The position numbers were made by a program, and so were the translations under genes. From the NCBI GenBank assembly GCA_977030845.1, contig OZ365112.1:19220001-19284000 (forward strand): a DNA stretch of 64,000 bases, written 5' to 3'. This DNA comes from Fimbriosthenelais zetlandica. Lineage: Eukaryota. Below the pieces are notes generated by a model. The model was not told the origin of the DNA. It did not search any database and was given only the letters and a program-made list of their open reading frames with translations. Shown here in pieces: positions 1 to 12,058 of the stretch. Position 1 is the first letter of the stretch, and each line of letters begins with the position of its first letter.

Positions 1-2345
1 GTAATATGGAGTCTTAGTGTAACATCATGCTCAGCCTGGCCATGCTTTCTCCTACCACCAATGTGCTATTGCTTTCTGAGCGTTTGGCAATCGCCAGTTC
101 TTCCTCCAGTCGTCTTAGACAGAATTGATTCTCAATCTCAATTCATCCAAAATCAATGTCAATCAAAACGACCATTATGCTGAGTTTGTTGATCGTGGAT
201 ACTTCTAACATAACGTATTATTTAAGTTGACTCTTGGTGAGAGCCATGTTGATTCAAAAGTACTTTGTAGAGAAACTGGTTTTGATTTTTCAATTGCTTT
301 TTCATATTGTTTCTCAATGAGAATGATTCCCATAAGGAGTCCACAAGAGATACATGGGAAAATAATGAGTGTGCCTTTCCCTATTACAAATTCATTGTGA
401 CACAACTTCCGCATCCTAGATTTTGACCCGAAAGTTGGGTGCAATCACTTTTCATTAGTAATATTACGGAGGTGCTTATGTTTTCATGTAGAGTACCGAC
501 AGAAAAATAATATCCATTATGCTGAAAAGTCTAGCAAATGCTTTTAAGGTAAGTTTGGATACCGACATAGCACCTATATCTATTTTTAAGAGCTATCCAT
601 ACCTTGCGACAGGATAAATGGAGGTAAAATTATTGGGGATTGGTAAATCGCGTGACCATCTTGTATGTGCAATTCTGTGATGAAAAACTTCTGCTAATTT
701 CCGCTGATTGGCCGGGTATAGAAACCACATTCTTAACGTATTTTCCCGCCCATTATAACCTCATTCACACGCTCTAGGCGAGATGCTCATATCGGTCATA
801 CACACAGTTTTTTCCATTATATGAAGTCAGTTTACAGACTCACCAAGATTACATAGAAAACGACGAGGAATCATAAATGTTTAGGAGGAAGTATCAGGTT
901 ATTATTATGTACGGATTTAAGCTATGCAAGAATGCTCTCTAAAAACATATTCAAGTAGACTGGCTGTAAGTATTTTGAAACAAGCCCTATATAGGTCTCA
1001 AATAAGGACGCATGGGATGGCGCATTTCCCTGCAGGCAGAAAGGTAGAGAGTGTTAGAGGCGTCGGTAAAGGCCAACATCCAAGCACATTCCACTGTTTT
1101 TCCCTTCCCGATCCTCCATGGCTGAGCGAAAATGGCGCCAGCACCCCCTTCCCTGCTAAACCAAACAGCTCCAGTGGTGCGGAAAGTACAAATGTGGCAA
1201 GTACTGACGGTGGGAAACCGACACTTCCGGTTACAATGTGCCACTCTCAAAATGATTGAGCCTGCATGGAAAAAATATCAGAGGCTATGTCGAAATATTA
1301 TATTTTAACGTCCCTTTAAAGAGACATTGAAACGGTTAGGATCATTTGTTCTACCTTTAGCCTGTATAATATCATCACCCAAATCAACAGCTCCTGAACG
1401 GAATTAAAGTGCGCAGTGGTTTCTGGGCAAGATCATCTCCTATGTCCCTCTATTTTTTGTGTGGAAAATTATAAGATGATATGTAATAGGTTGTGTATAT
1501 CACATTCCAAAAGATGTCAGCTGTCATCCCCACAAGAGATGCCGCCCACTCAGGAGGTTTTACTCAATGGATTAGCACTAGGATGGAATCTCCTTCTAAT
1601 GGAGCCGACAGCAGCACAGGTCCCATGAGGGACTTTATCTCATAGAATTATTGTAATCGATTGAGTAACCACCCGGTGAATTTTGATGGATGTAACCGCT
1701 TATCGCTAATAAGCAGTTACAACAAGCCCTTCTTCCATAGCATGTCAAAACTCATTCAAATAAGGCCTCAATGTTTGATTAGTTTTATCACAGGATTTTG
1801 CTGGTCCCAGCTCTGTTTTTGCTAACGACAAAAGGCCACATGGTTCTGGCATCCGAGTCGGGAATTGATTGCCAACATATATGATCACTAAGTATGGAAA
1901 GCTGTTTGGGTGTCATGCTACATTTTTTTTGGTTGGCACAATAAATTTTGTTGCTTTTTAAGTCATTCTTGACGTTTTTATCTTCACATCGGTTTGGCTA
2001 CAACATTTGATGAGATATTTTATTTAGGAATATAAACCAATCCATGAATATCAAAACATAGACTGCAAATTACGTTTACTCACAATTATACCATGATTTG
2101 AAAATATGCCTTCCCCGCTTTCCTTTGGGAACTTGTGGGGGGAGAGTAGTTGGTTTTCCCCTCAGTTAACGTGCTTTCCGCAAGAGCACATTGTGCTAAA
2201 TTGTTTGCATGCTACATCGATCAATGCCAAAAATTATTATTCAAAAAGTTCACGAGACAGAATTCACCAACCCTGAAATTACTCAGAGGTCCCGACTACT
2301 GCATTTTCTGGCACAATGAACGCTAATTATTATGCAAATTAGGAT

Positions 2346-5300
2346 TTGGGAAATAAAAAAAAGGTGAATGGATCTGGAGTGAATGGGTTCTTTTGTGTAC
2401 CTATTCCGGCTATCGATGTGAATCCACCTACAGACGCAAACGACCCCCAACCTACCCCAGACGATAAGACGACTGAATTGAAAGAACATCGTTTTCTGAC
2501 TGTGTACGGCCCTGCAGTTTCTCATGTGAAGGAAATAATTGCTCCAAACTTGAATAATGACTCAAAACTGATGGAATCATTGGACACATTGACTCACCTA
2601 AGCCTAGCAAATGTCACACATTCTCCACCTACACCCATTCAGTTAAAGTGGTGCTAGGGGAGCACTTTAATAGCATTACGCTAAAGAGCATGTACTTCCC
2701 TCACATCGATTCATGTGGTCCATGATTTCAGTCCTCAATCACACTGTTCATAAAGATTGCACACATGCAGTTTCGATTTTGCCCCTCCACTTGCAGTAAA
2801 AAAGATATGCTTAGGACGGGTTTCCATTATAATATCATCAGGACTCATTTAGGTTCTTGAACATAAGCTCGATGACTTCCATGAGGCTGTTTGTGATTCT
2901 ATAAGTCAGTTCTCAGACTCACCAATATATAGAAAGAGACAAGCGCAGGACAGGCATATAATTTTTAAAATATTCATAAACAGCCATGGTGCAGTCATTT
3001 ATAATTTCCACATGATTACATTTCTAGAGCAAGGAGTCCTTGCCGATTTTCCTGGTAATAAAATACTGCTCAGAACTGATTCCCCAGTCTGCGTTCAGAC
3101 AGGAGTCCTTTATCTATTGCCAGTAATGAGAGACATGTAGTGGCCATTCTGTCTGGTCTCTTCAAAGACCTATCTCTAAAATCTCCTGATTCTTAAATAA
3201 GGAATCCTGGACATTTATACCTCTTTGGTATTTTCTATACAACTGCATATTAGCTTCTTGTGGGAACTCATCTTTTTCTTTCCAGAGAAGAATCTTAAAG
3301 AGCTGATTCTCAAAACCTGAGGGAGACTAGGTCCCCATTGTGCTCCCACCAGACTAAGTTGTTTCTTTCGAATGTAATAAAAAAAACTGGGAGCACACTT
3401 AGAATACTAAAGTTGGCCACTACAATGTATCAGCCAGGCGCTAATAGGCCAATGTTACACAATGCACTCAAAAAGTATTAATTTACTTTTCAGCGGGAGC
3501 ACTGGTCTGTTGCCTGCAGCTTTAAAAATGTGTGCATGTATATACACTGAGGCTTCCTTATTCCTATTTCCTTCAGGAGAATTCTGGATTAGATGTTCAT
3601 ACAGCTCTTTGACATGCAGGCCCACGAGTGTTTGTTTGGTGATTTCTTCTTGAGGGTTATCCAATTTCCCAAGACGGCCTTGCAAATATTAAAATATATT
3701 CCCTACTTTAGAGCTTGGGAGAATGACAATATACTACATCTCTTTTCAGTCCCGATGGTGCATGTGTGATTAAATGGACATTCAAAAAGTGATTGTCTTA
3801 ACGAGGTTGTCTATGAGATACAAACTGTAATGTAGATATAGGACGCTGTTACATGAGATGATATAATATTGACACTTATATTATCTATTTGGGGAAATAC
3901 AATCTGTAATGTATTACTCGAGTACGTGGCGAGGAATATTTTCATCTTTTTATGATGGCAACTTTCTACAACAAATTGCACCTCCTTCTAATCCATTTAC
4001 CCGGTGGGAATTGCAAATAAATTGTCATGAGCTCTATTGGCTCCTTTTTGAAGGGAAATGGATTTGGTGTAGAAGTAAAATGCCAAATGTTACGCTCATG
4101 GGGTAAGGATAAATGTGATTGTATGGTTGGAGTGAGTGAATTGATTATTCTGTTGGAACTGATCGCTTTCGAAATAAGCTCGAGTAAAATCGATGTCAAC
4201 CAGAACCGTAGGCCGAGGCCCAATGAATATATATGACAAAACCTAAATTTCGTTAGATGGAAGTCTGTGAAGATTGACATGAGGAGTTCCTCGTCAGTTA
4301 AAATGAGTACTGCGACTTGTCAATTGCCCCCCGGGCTCAATTTTCTCTGGTCTTGGCTCTTTTGATTGAACTAACCAAAAAATATGTGACTCTGGAAATA
4401 ATGTCCCCGACATGTCATCAATTGACTGTAGCTTAGTTCCAGAGTAGAGTCATGTGGCCCAAACGGGAACTTCAATCATGATCTACCCAATATAAGTAAT
4501 CAACTCATAGAGATACATGCCAGATAGAACCTATCAGTATGTTCTCAGCTACAGTTCCATTTTCTGAGATGGAATTATTTTACTCCCAAAGGACCCATAT
4601 CACCAAGAACATCAAGGTTTCCGATTATGGAATCCTTCAAGCGGACAAGAATATTTTCCACATGAAGACCAGTTGCAGTGGGCATCAGGCATGCAATAAT
4701 GTAAATGCTGAATATATATCCTGGCTGGTAGGCAGCTTATATGGAAAGTTAATTAATTAGAGGAGTTGCATACAATCAGTGATATAATGTATGAAAAGGG
4801 CTTACAATGTACTGAATCAACCCAAGCCTCGATATCTGCCCACAGTACTAAATAGAGTGCAGACCCTTACCAATGGCAACAGACGCACCCCTCTCCTGGT
4901 CAGAATAAGAACAGAAAGTCACAGCCATGTATAACAAATTCTCCTGAATGAGGCAACATCCACCCTCACTCCTTGCCAAATGTCTGAACCCCACAAGGTG
5001 ACCTGGAACAAAAAGCAAGACCTGCCAAAGGTACATGGCAGCGTGCCGACAAATCACAGACTGGGTAACACTTCCCATTCAGGATTGCACCAATTAATGT
5101 CAAACTCAATCAAAGTCAGTCTACCTGTTTATGAACTGCTTGTACCCCGTCAGCGACGAAAAGTCACGTAGCATTCCATGTAACAGTGAAGTGTCCATTT
5201 TGAGATAAATTTGGTTACAATATATTTGGAATTAAAGAAATAAAATGAGGAGGATAAGCTGCGGTATTTGGGTGACTATGATGGTGGAGTGTCTTATTGA

Positions 5301-7800
5301 GGCCTAGTAGAAGGTGCTATGAGAGGAACATAACTGGAAAAGCAAGGCACCCCCTGCATTTAATGCCTATTTTCCCAGGCATCATGGCGTTGTTAGATGT
5401 TTTACTTATGGCCTAGGACCGGGGTAATCCGACGCCAGTGCAAGAGGAAGCCGTCCGATAGGAGGGGCCAGTCTCAGCATACCGGAAGGATTATCACCGG
5501 CTATTTGCTTGGTAGCATCATGAATGAGGATGAACTGCAATCTGCCCGGCCTTATTATTCACATATAACAATAGGATCATCAGCCAGATTGACTCAAGGC
5601 AGGAAATGGTTCATAGAAAAGGCAGGAACAAAAGGAAACTCAATTCCAGAGGGGCGCGATCAGTATGGACCCTCTGACAGGCATGCCAGGAGGAGGATTG
5701 ACATACTGAGAAATCCATATTTCTTTATTAAATTTCGCAATTCAATTAAACAACTCATTAAGAGTGTCATATATGCAATTAGATCGATTTTTGATGATCT
5801 CAGCAAATCCTTCCTCCGTATTCAAAGGAAAAAGAGATGCAAATATGTAATGGAAAACCCATGAAAACAACTTTCAATGCGAGGAATAATAATATTGACC
5901 ATCAGGACCTCAGGTAAAGGTAAACTTTTAGAGTCCCCGCCAAAAATACTAGGGCTCATTTCGTCCCAGTCCTCCTTAGATTGAGTCCTGTCTCCTGTTC
6001 AGGTTTCTTGATCATTTAATCGAACCCCTAGAGACATGTTTATTGCAGTGTTCCACGTCCAGGACAGGGGTTCAGGACCTGCAAACTGGCACAAAATCAG
6101 TGCTAGTACCTCTTCAAAAAGCAAATATCCTTGCACCTGCAGCTATTAATGCAGGTATACAATTATTATATCGCCAATAAGGGCTAATGAGAGAAGATGC
6201 GCAAAAATCTTAACACATTGCATCTTTTTTTGAATACCCTATACCAATCTGATAAAAAGGTTTCGATAAAAACTACCAGAAACGCAGTAAGAATCAAATG
6301 CCAATGATTACAGTGGGAGTATTCACGACAAGGAAAAAACCTTTAATCAAATAAAGCTCGAGAACATTATCATGGACATCATTATTCAAAGGTAAACAGT
6401 TATATTGATAGCCCAAGCAAACATTTGGGACAGCGAGAAGCCAAGCTACGGGAATCATTGTCTACCGTGACCTACCGTTTCTCAGCCACCCGCTCCGGAG
6501 CGCTATACCTTTCAACATGGGGTGCCACCCTTGCGCTTGTACAGCAAGTAGTTTCCATATCCATCTTCAGCTTGTTATATTTATATTCCAAGCTCAAGAA
6601 TAGACACTTTTTCAAGTATATAAATGAGTGCATGTATTAAACATGGTTTTTTCATCTAGTGAGCCAACACCAGTTTCCACTGCCTATTTTGTTGTCTGGT
6701 AAATCCAAGATGGCTTCTTCTAGAACTGGTGTCTAGGAAGTCCTGCCTTTTGCAGACAAGTATCATCCCTACATGAGACATCATTGTCGGATAGGTGTTT
6801 TACATCACCAAAACAAGGTTTGATATACTTCAAATCTACAATAGCAACGTTTTCTTAAACGTTCCAGGAGAAACTACATAATTCTGTGATATTTCCAATA
6901 TCTTAAATTCCAATGCACATGTAGGACACATAGGGTGTCATTCCAACTGACTTAAGTAATGTTGAGACCTTAAGTAAAAGTAGGGTATAATGTCTAGTTG
7001 TGACCACCTAGGTCTCAGGACACTTAGAATATGCAGTGTATGTGTGTGCGAGAAGAGAGGGCAGCAGGCACCAGATCTGTAGGGCTCTATCCCCCACTCC
7101 TACTCCTCCTCCTCCAGCTCCTCCTACTCTTATTCCTCCAATCCACTGAGCAACTCAGTTTGATTGTACCTTTTGCAGCTCCCATCCCGTCCCGCCTGCA
7201 TGCTTGACTCAATCACAGCCTGAGGGAATAGAAAATTTGCATTCCAGATGGCATTTACCAATATTCCATGATAATACACACTCATCAAATTATTACGCCC
7301 TTTCACTGGCCAGATTCATTGCTCCCTGGGCTCCGATTGATAGGACTTTATTGCGATGGGATGGATTAATTTTTTCATCATTTGTCTGTTGTATTGTTTG
7401 AGGTGGTAATTGCGAGGGGCTTTCATGGCAACTCAAAGAATGAATAAGGATGAAGTTTTTCAATGGAACGCCATCTTTTCTCCCCCTTATAATAGGAAAC
7501 TCGAAATCCTAAAGTGGTTCCGCTGCAGAGTTGGGTGATGTATGTCTTTGGGATTCAGTGGAAACATGTTCATGCAATGCCTAATCATTATCAGCAGTCT
7601 CGTGGGAGGAATTGTGTAGGAGTCAAAAAATGGGGGATGATACCTTTCCATCCAGTTCTACTAACCCGCTTCTCTTCACAACTCTCACCTCCCCCACATC
7701 TCCTCCCCCACGGCTGCAGACTCTGCACCCTCATGTTTGCGGGACAACAAGCAACGGCAAGCAATGAGGGGCAATGCTTCCACAGATATAAGGGTGGGGC
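2346..7800 (+). mobile_element. Near full-length, heavily decayed L1-clade LINE (ORF1 plus ORF2 EN-RT-Zn knuckle)
   Basis: Manual translation gives motifs in the expected order. ORF1: KLDD 2865-2876, FPGNKI 3048-3065, WPFCLV 3141-3158. Endonuclease: GNFN (for GDFN) 4465-4476, FYSQRTH..KVSDY and SGHQ within ORF 4539-4760. RT: DQYG..RH 5658, DLSKSF (for D.SKAFD) 5796-5813, IEPL 6019-6030, HKIS 6090-6101. HLF at 7472 sits where the C-terminal Zn knuckle is expected. Many stops and frameshifts; ends approximate. Confidence 0.7.
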
Positions 7801-7929
7801 TTGTGGATAAGGTTGAAATGGACTGGAAAAAATGGCAGGATTATTTTGACTGGCATAACGATTCCTACTTACTGAGAGGCCTATAGAAGTAAAACTTGCC
7901 ATGGAAACAATTGTCATTGGTATATATTT

Positions 7930-8260
7930 TAAACTAGTTTCAAAACAGGTAAAACTGTTTTTAAAGGGGTAAAATGGCGCATTTCATTTTTTCTCTCCCA
8001 GTTTGAATGATTGTAAAGCTCCATTAAACATCTCAATTGGCATTGTATAGTAAAATACCGACATTAGTACAAGCTGAAAAATGTATGGACACAACAAATG
8101 AATGAAAGAGGCGATATTGTATATGGATTTCAGTTGATACTTTGGTTCATTTAACCTTGTCTATTAGTAATGTCCGCAGGCAATTATTCATAACTATGGG
8201 ACTAAATCAATGTATTACTGGAAACAAGAGACAACCTTGAAAATACATTGGACCCCTACA
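7930..8260 (+). mobile_element. Possible CR1/L2-type RT fragment
   Basis: ILYMDFS*YF at ~8113-8142 resembles IVYLDFSKAF, followed by NYG....YW. Short and weak. Confidence 0.25.
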
Positions 8261-8699
8261 AGCAATTGATTATGTATGAATCGCTATATAATAATATTAG
8301 AAGCATACCCCGCTCATTTGCTCTCAAAATCCAAGATGGCCGCCGTTTTTATGTTGCCATTTGGGGGGCATGACTCGACAGCATATCGGGATGGCATCAA
8401 ACTTCCAGTGATCATTTTTTTCTGTACGATTATTAACAGGGAATCCTTCTTGCATCTTTTGCAAACAAATCAATCTTTTTTTTAACTGATGGGGAAATAA
8501 TCCACTCGTTGTCAGTTTACATTGGGTTTAAAGCCCATTAAGGTCATATTTGATTTTGGTTGTAATTATTTAAATGTTTGCTGCAATAATTGCCTTATTC
8601 TGATCCGTGTATTCTAGGTACATAACTCCAGTATAAGGGAGTGGGGAAATAAGAGTGGGCTGCAGGAAGGATGTGAGGTAGGCATGAAGAGAGGGAATA

Positions 8700-9900
8700 A
8701 TAAAAGGGCCCTAACTCAAGTGCTATTCTGTTGCTATGTCATTGCATGAAATACGGTCCAGATTGTCACATTTTTCATAAGCAGTCTTTAATTGAGGTGC
8801 TATAAGCCAGTAAACAAGATCCAGATGGGGTTAAGTCTAAAATTTGTTGCAGACTTTGGGCATGTATATACACCCTTCTAGATTTAGGGTTCTATATCAG
8901 GAAATTCTACCAAAAAGTCAGAGTTTTTGTCAGTGTTTTGTCACTTGGGCACAAGTCAGGAATGAAACAGGAAATTTGTATTATAAATTTGGAACGCTTT
9001 CCCCCATGGTTCTGACGTCATAAGCACACAAAAGTGGAGCCATGAGTGAATGACAGAGCATGGGGTTGGGCTGCTGCTTGCAGGTGGTATTTTCCCCAAA
9101 TGTCACCAAATGTTGGCACGGCACTGGAGGGTGGGCGCCCAAACGTGGCAAGCCCGCGTCGCGAAGGCTTATCCACTAATAAACTTATTCCACCGACTAT
9201 AATCCCAGGCCAGATCATAGAGGTTTTATATAGGCAAAACGTGTGATTTTGGCATCCACTTATTGTGTGTTGACGTGGACTTCAAAGACCTCTCATGGTG
9301 GGAAACGCTTGGAAATACCTCGTGCCTGCAAGACCAGAGTCAATGGCGACTGGTTCGCTTGGTTTGCACCAAGTGACATGCTTCACTGCGAATAAGCCAC
9401 TGGTCCATAGCACTCCAGTTTAGGCGTTTCCCTTTTATTCTTGGTCATTTTTCATCCATATATTGCTCGGGTGTATCAGCTATTAGCGGTGGTGAATGCC
9501 TTCCAGCTCTCTCAACCCACCACCAACACCCAACTCATATTGGTTCCCTTGATATAGGAATAGAAAAGGGATCAAGGAGTGATTGGTTTCTCATGATAAA
9601 ACGATGAAAACTCACAAAATCATCATCTCCTAACAGTTTTATTTCTCTTCAATGCTTTCGCCCACTGCCTTTGTTGGTTGGTAAACAAGATTAACGCAGG
9701 ATAGGTGAAGGTCTTAATAGGGAAACTCTGAAGGAATTGATCCTTGGAATGATACCATGATATTATATTTAATATTCCAATATGAAATATTATATATATA
9801 TCCATATGACTGATATTAACAAACTGCTAGTAACTCACTCAAACAGGTGATACGATTAAAGCTAGGAGGCCCATCCCACAACGTCTCCCCCACCCACTGG
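8700..9900 (+). mobile_element. Gypsy-type LTR retrotransposon pol remnant (RNase H end plus integrase)
   Basis: YKP...DG 8801-8830 (RNase H/linker), IIP...VL ~9200, WW 9296-9301, RW-V-NAF (for RWVEAF, one frameshift) 9487-9504, LVSHD (for LVSD) 9583-9597, LVNKIN (for VER.N) ~9680. Order matches integrase. Confidence 0.5.
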
Positions 9901-11069
9901 ACCAGCTATACCCCCCTACACACTCATAACGAGGATGGGTAAAACGGCATCCCACTCTGTGACATGGTCATCAAAGCGTGTTGCCACTGATCGATAGCAT
10001 CACCAATGGAAAACGAGGGAAATGAATTTTGCTTCTGTGATAGCTCTAGCATATTGACACACTAGGCAACAATATCTGGGCCTTTTTTCATTCTCCTGGA
10101 ATCACAAGCATCCGGAGTGGTCGAAACAATGTGTTGCATATAGGTGGAGCAGTCTGATTGGTTGCTATGGGAACCCAATGGGGACGATGATTGATTCCAT
10201 GATGGACCTACTTAACTACTGGCCTGCACCATTCACATGTGCGATTCAATTACCTCCATGTTAGGCACACATTACACTTAAGTAAACTTTAATGTGTTAC
10301 CTGTAATATGGTATGGCCTTTTTCATGCTCCTCCTATCCCCCAGTAACCAGTGCTGGCCCCTCTGATGGTTATATCACATGTCATCTGATGGTGTGCATT
10401 GCATGATATAGCTATTAACAACACTCAACCTTTTTACTTTAATATTTGATCATTAACTGATGACATGCCTTTGAGGTTTTTATATATTGTAACTTCATGG
10501 CACGGGATACAACGAGGCAGATTTCAATAGGGATCATGGGCTGACTTTATTGCACTTTTTAGTATGTTCAGCATTTAAAAAATGTACAACAAATGTCCAC
10601 TATAAAAGCATGCAGTCGTTTAGACATGATGGCTCTCACAAAATTATTTATGATTTTTGAAAGAAATTATTTATGAACATATTCCTGAATTAGAGGAATA
10701 TTATATGGCTAAACATTATGTTTAGTATTATTTGACCAGTTCATGTCATGTACATTAGGCTAATACATGCCTAGCTGATAGAGGTACCATGTCACCACTG
10801 TCAGAATGTGATGTATCCAAAAAGGAAAATGATTCCTGAACTTTTGGAAAAGGACTTGGTGAACTTTCAGGGTGACGGCTTAAATTTGGTTGCCTACACA
10901 ATGGTACACAGTCCAGTTAAACTGCGAAAAGCAGTATAGATGGTGGCAGTGCACCTCCTGGTAAGAAACAGCCCCCTCCCTTATTTCGCTATGATCACAA
11001 AAGTCACCTGGGGGCTTATATTATCAACCACAATAGAGTGCTGACAAGTTGGACAGCGTCTGGTGTTTC

Positions 11070-11760
11070 CCTACCGGAAGTGGTATCCAGGTAGAACATG
11101 ATCCAGGCGGGGGAATTATCCGGTTTGGTTTCAGGTAAAATGGCTGATTCTCACGCGATCCTAAACAGAGGCTGGCAAGAGGTTGAAAACCTCACTTATT
11201 ATGCCACTCCAGACCAATAAAATGACGTGGAATCATCAACGCTACATATCCAATCCCTTCTAACGCCATTTTTGAAAGTGATTGGGATTTTTATTGGTAT
11301 TATGTGCTTCAGAATGGAGAAGCGATGACGTATTATGCACTTTACATGTAATTTTGTGATGCTGTGGAAGCTAATACACCGAAACAGGGCATGTTTGAGA
11401 GGCTTATGTCCCAGCCAGAAACTCAGAAGCCTATCCTCTCTGAGCTGTATCTGTATCTATAAATAACTTCCGGATATCAAACTGCCTTCCAGACTTTTCG
11501 CGGCTTCAGGATTAGAATATCAATGCACCTGGAGATGCAGTGTTCATGGGAGGCATTCATAAGGGTTTGATAAAAGGCATACGAATGGCTCATTGATTTG
11601 GTTGGGTGCTGAGTCATTGGCCCTCCTTCTGATGCCTAACATCATTTCCGAATTGACGCGACTTCCGGTCGTCCATCTTGGATGACTTCCGGCATAAATC
11701 GGCAAGGAACTGCATAGGCAATCCTTTAGTCATTTAAATATGATGGTCAGGATGCCAATC
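11070..11760. promoter_or_regulatory. Promoter-like or LTR-like motif cluster (ETS, YY1, CCAAT, CRE half-sites)
   Basis: CCGGAAGT/ACTTCCGG at 11074, 11466, 11661, 11685. YY1-like motifs at 11137, 11264, 11673. CCAAT/ATTGG at 11214, 11250, 11281, 11293. TGACGT at 11223 and 11326. CpGs are locally retained. Confidence 0.4.
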
Positions 11761-12026
11761 GGATATGTGTTTATAACACCTGGATTTATAGTAATTGCAT
11801 GCATTTATAATATTTTTACAGAGGACGTGCCTACAAAGAGGGGGGTTCCTGCTCCTAGAGACCTGGTCATGTTAAACCACAGTTGTGCCGTCTTTCCCCA
11901 AGATATCTCTGACGTTCAAGAGATGTCCCATATTCAATACGATCGAGTGACGGGTTATGGCTGCCCACAACGGGACCTAACCGTTGTCAGGGAACCGACG
12001 CTTGGGTAGAATGATGGCGTGGTAAC

Positions 12027-12058
12027 CAAGGCAGCAAGGCAGCAAGGCAGCAACGCAG
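12027..12058 (+). repeat. 8-mer tandem repeat
   Basis: CAAGGCAG x3 followed by CAACGCAG. Confidence 0.85.

Noticed and set aside
660-860. Mariner-like FCDEK motif
   Set aside because: No convincing second or third catalytic motif and no TIRs.
5397-5864. 155 aa ORF as a host gene
   Set aside because: It carries L1 RT-like motifs (DQ.G, DLSKSF) within the 2.3-7.8 kb fossil.
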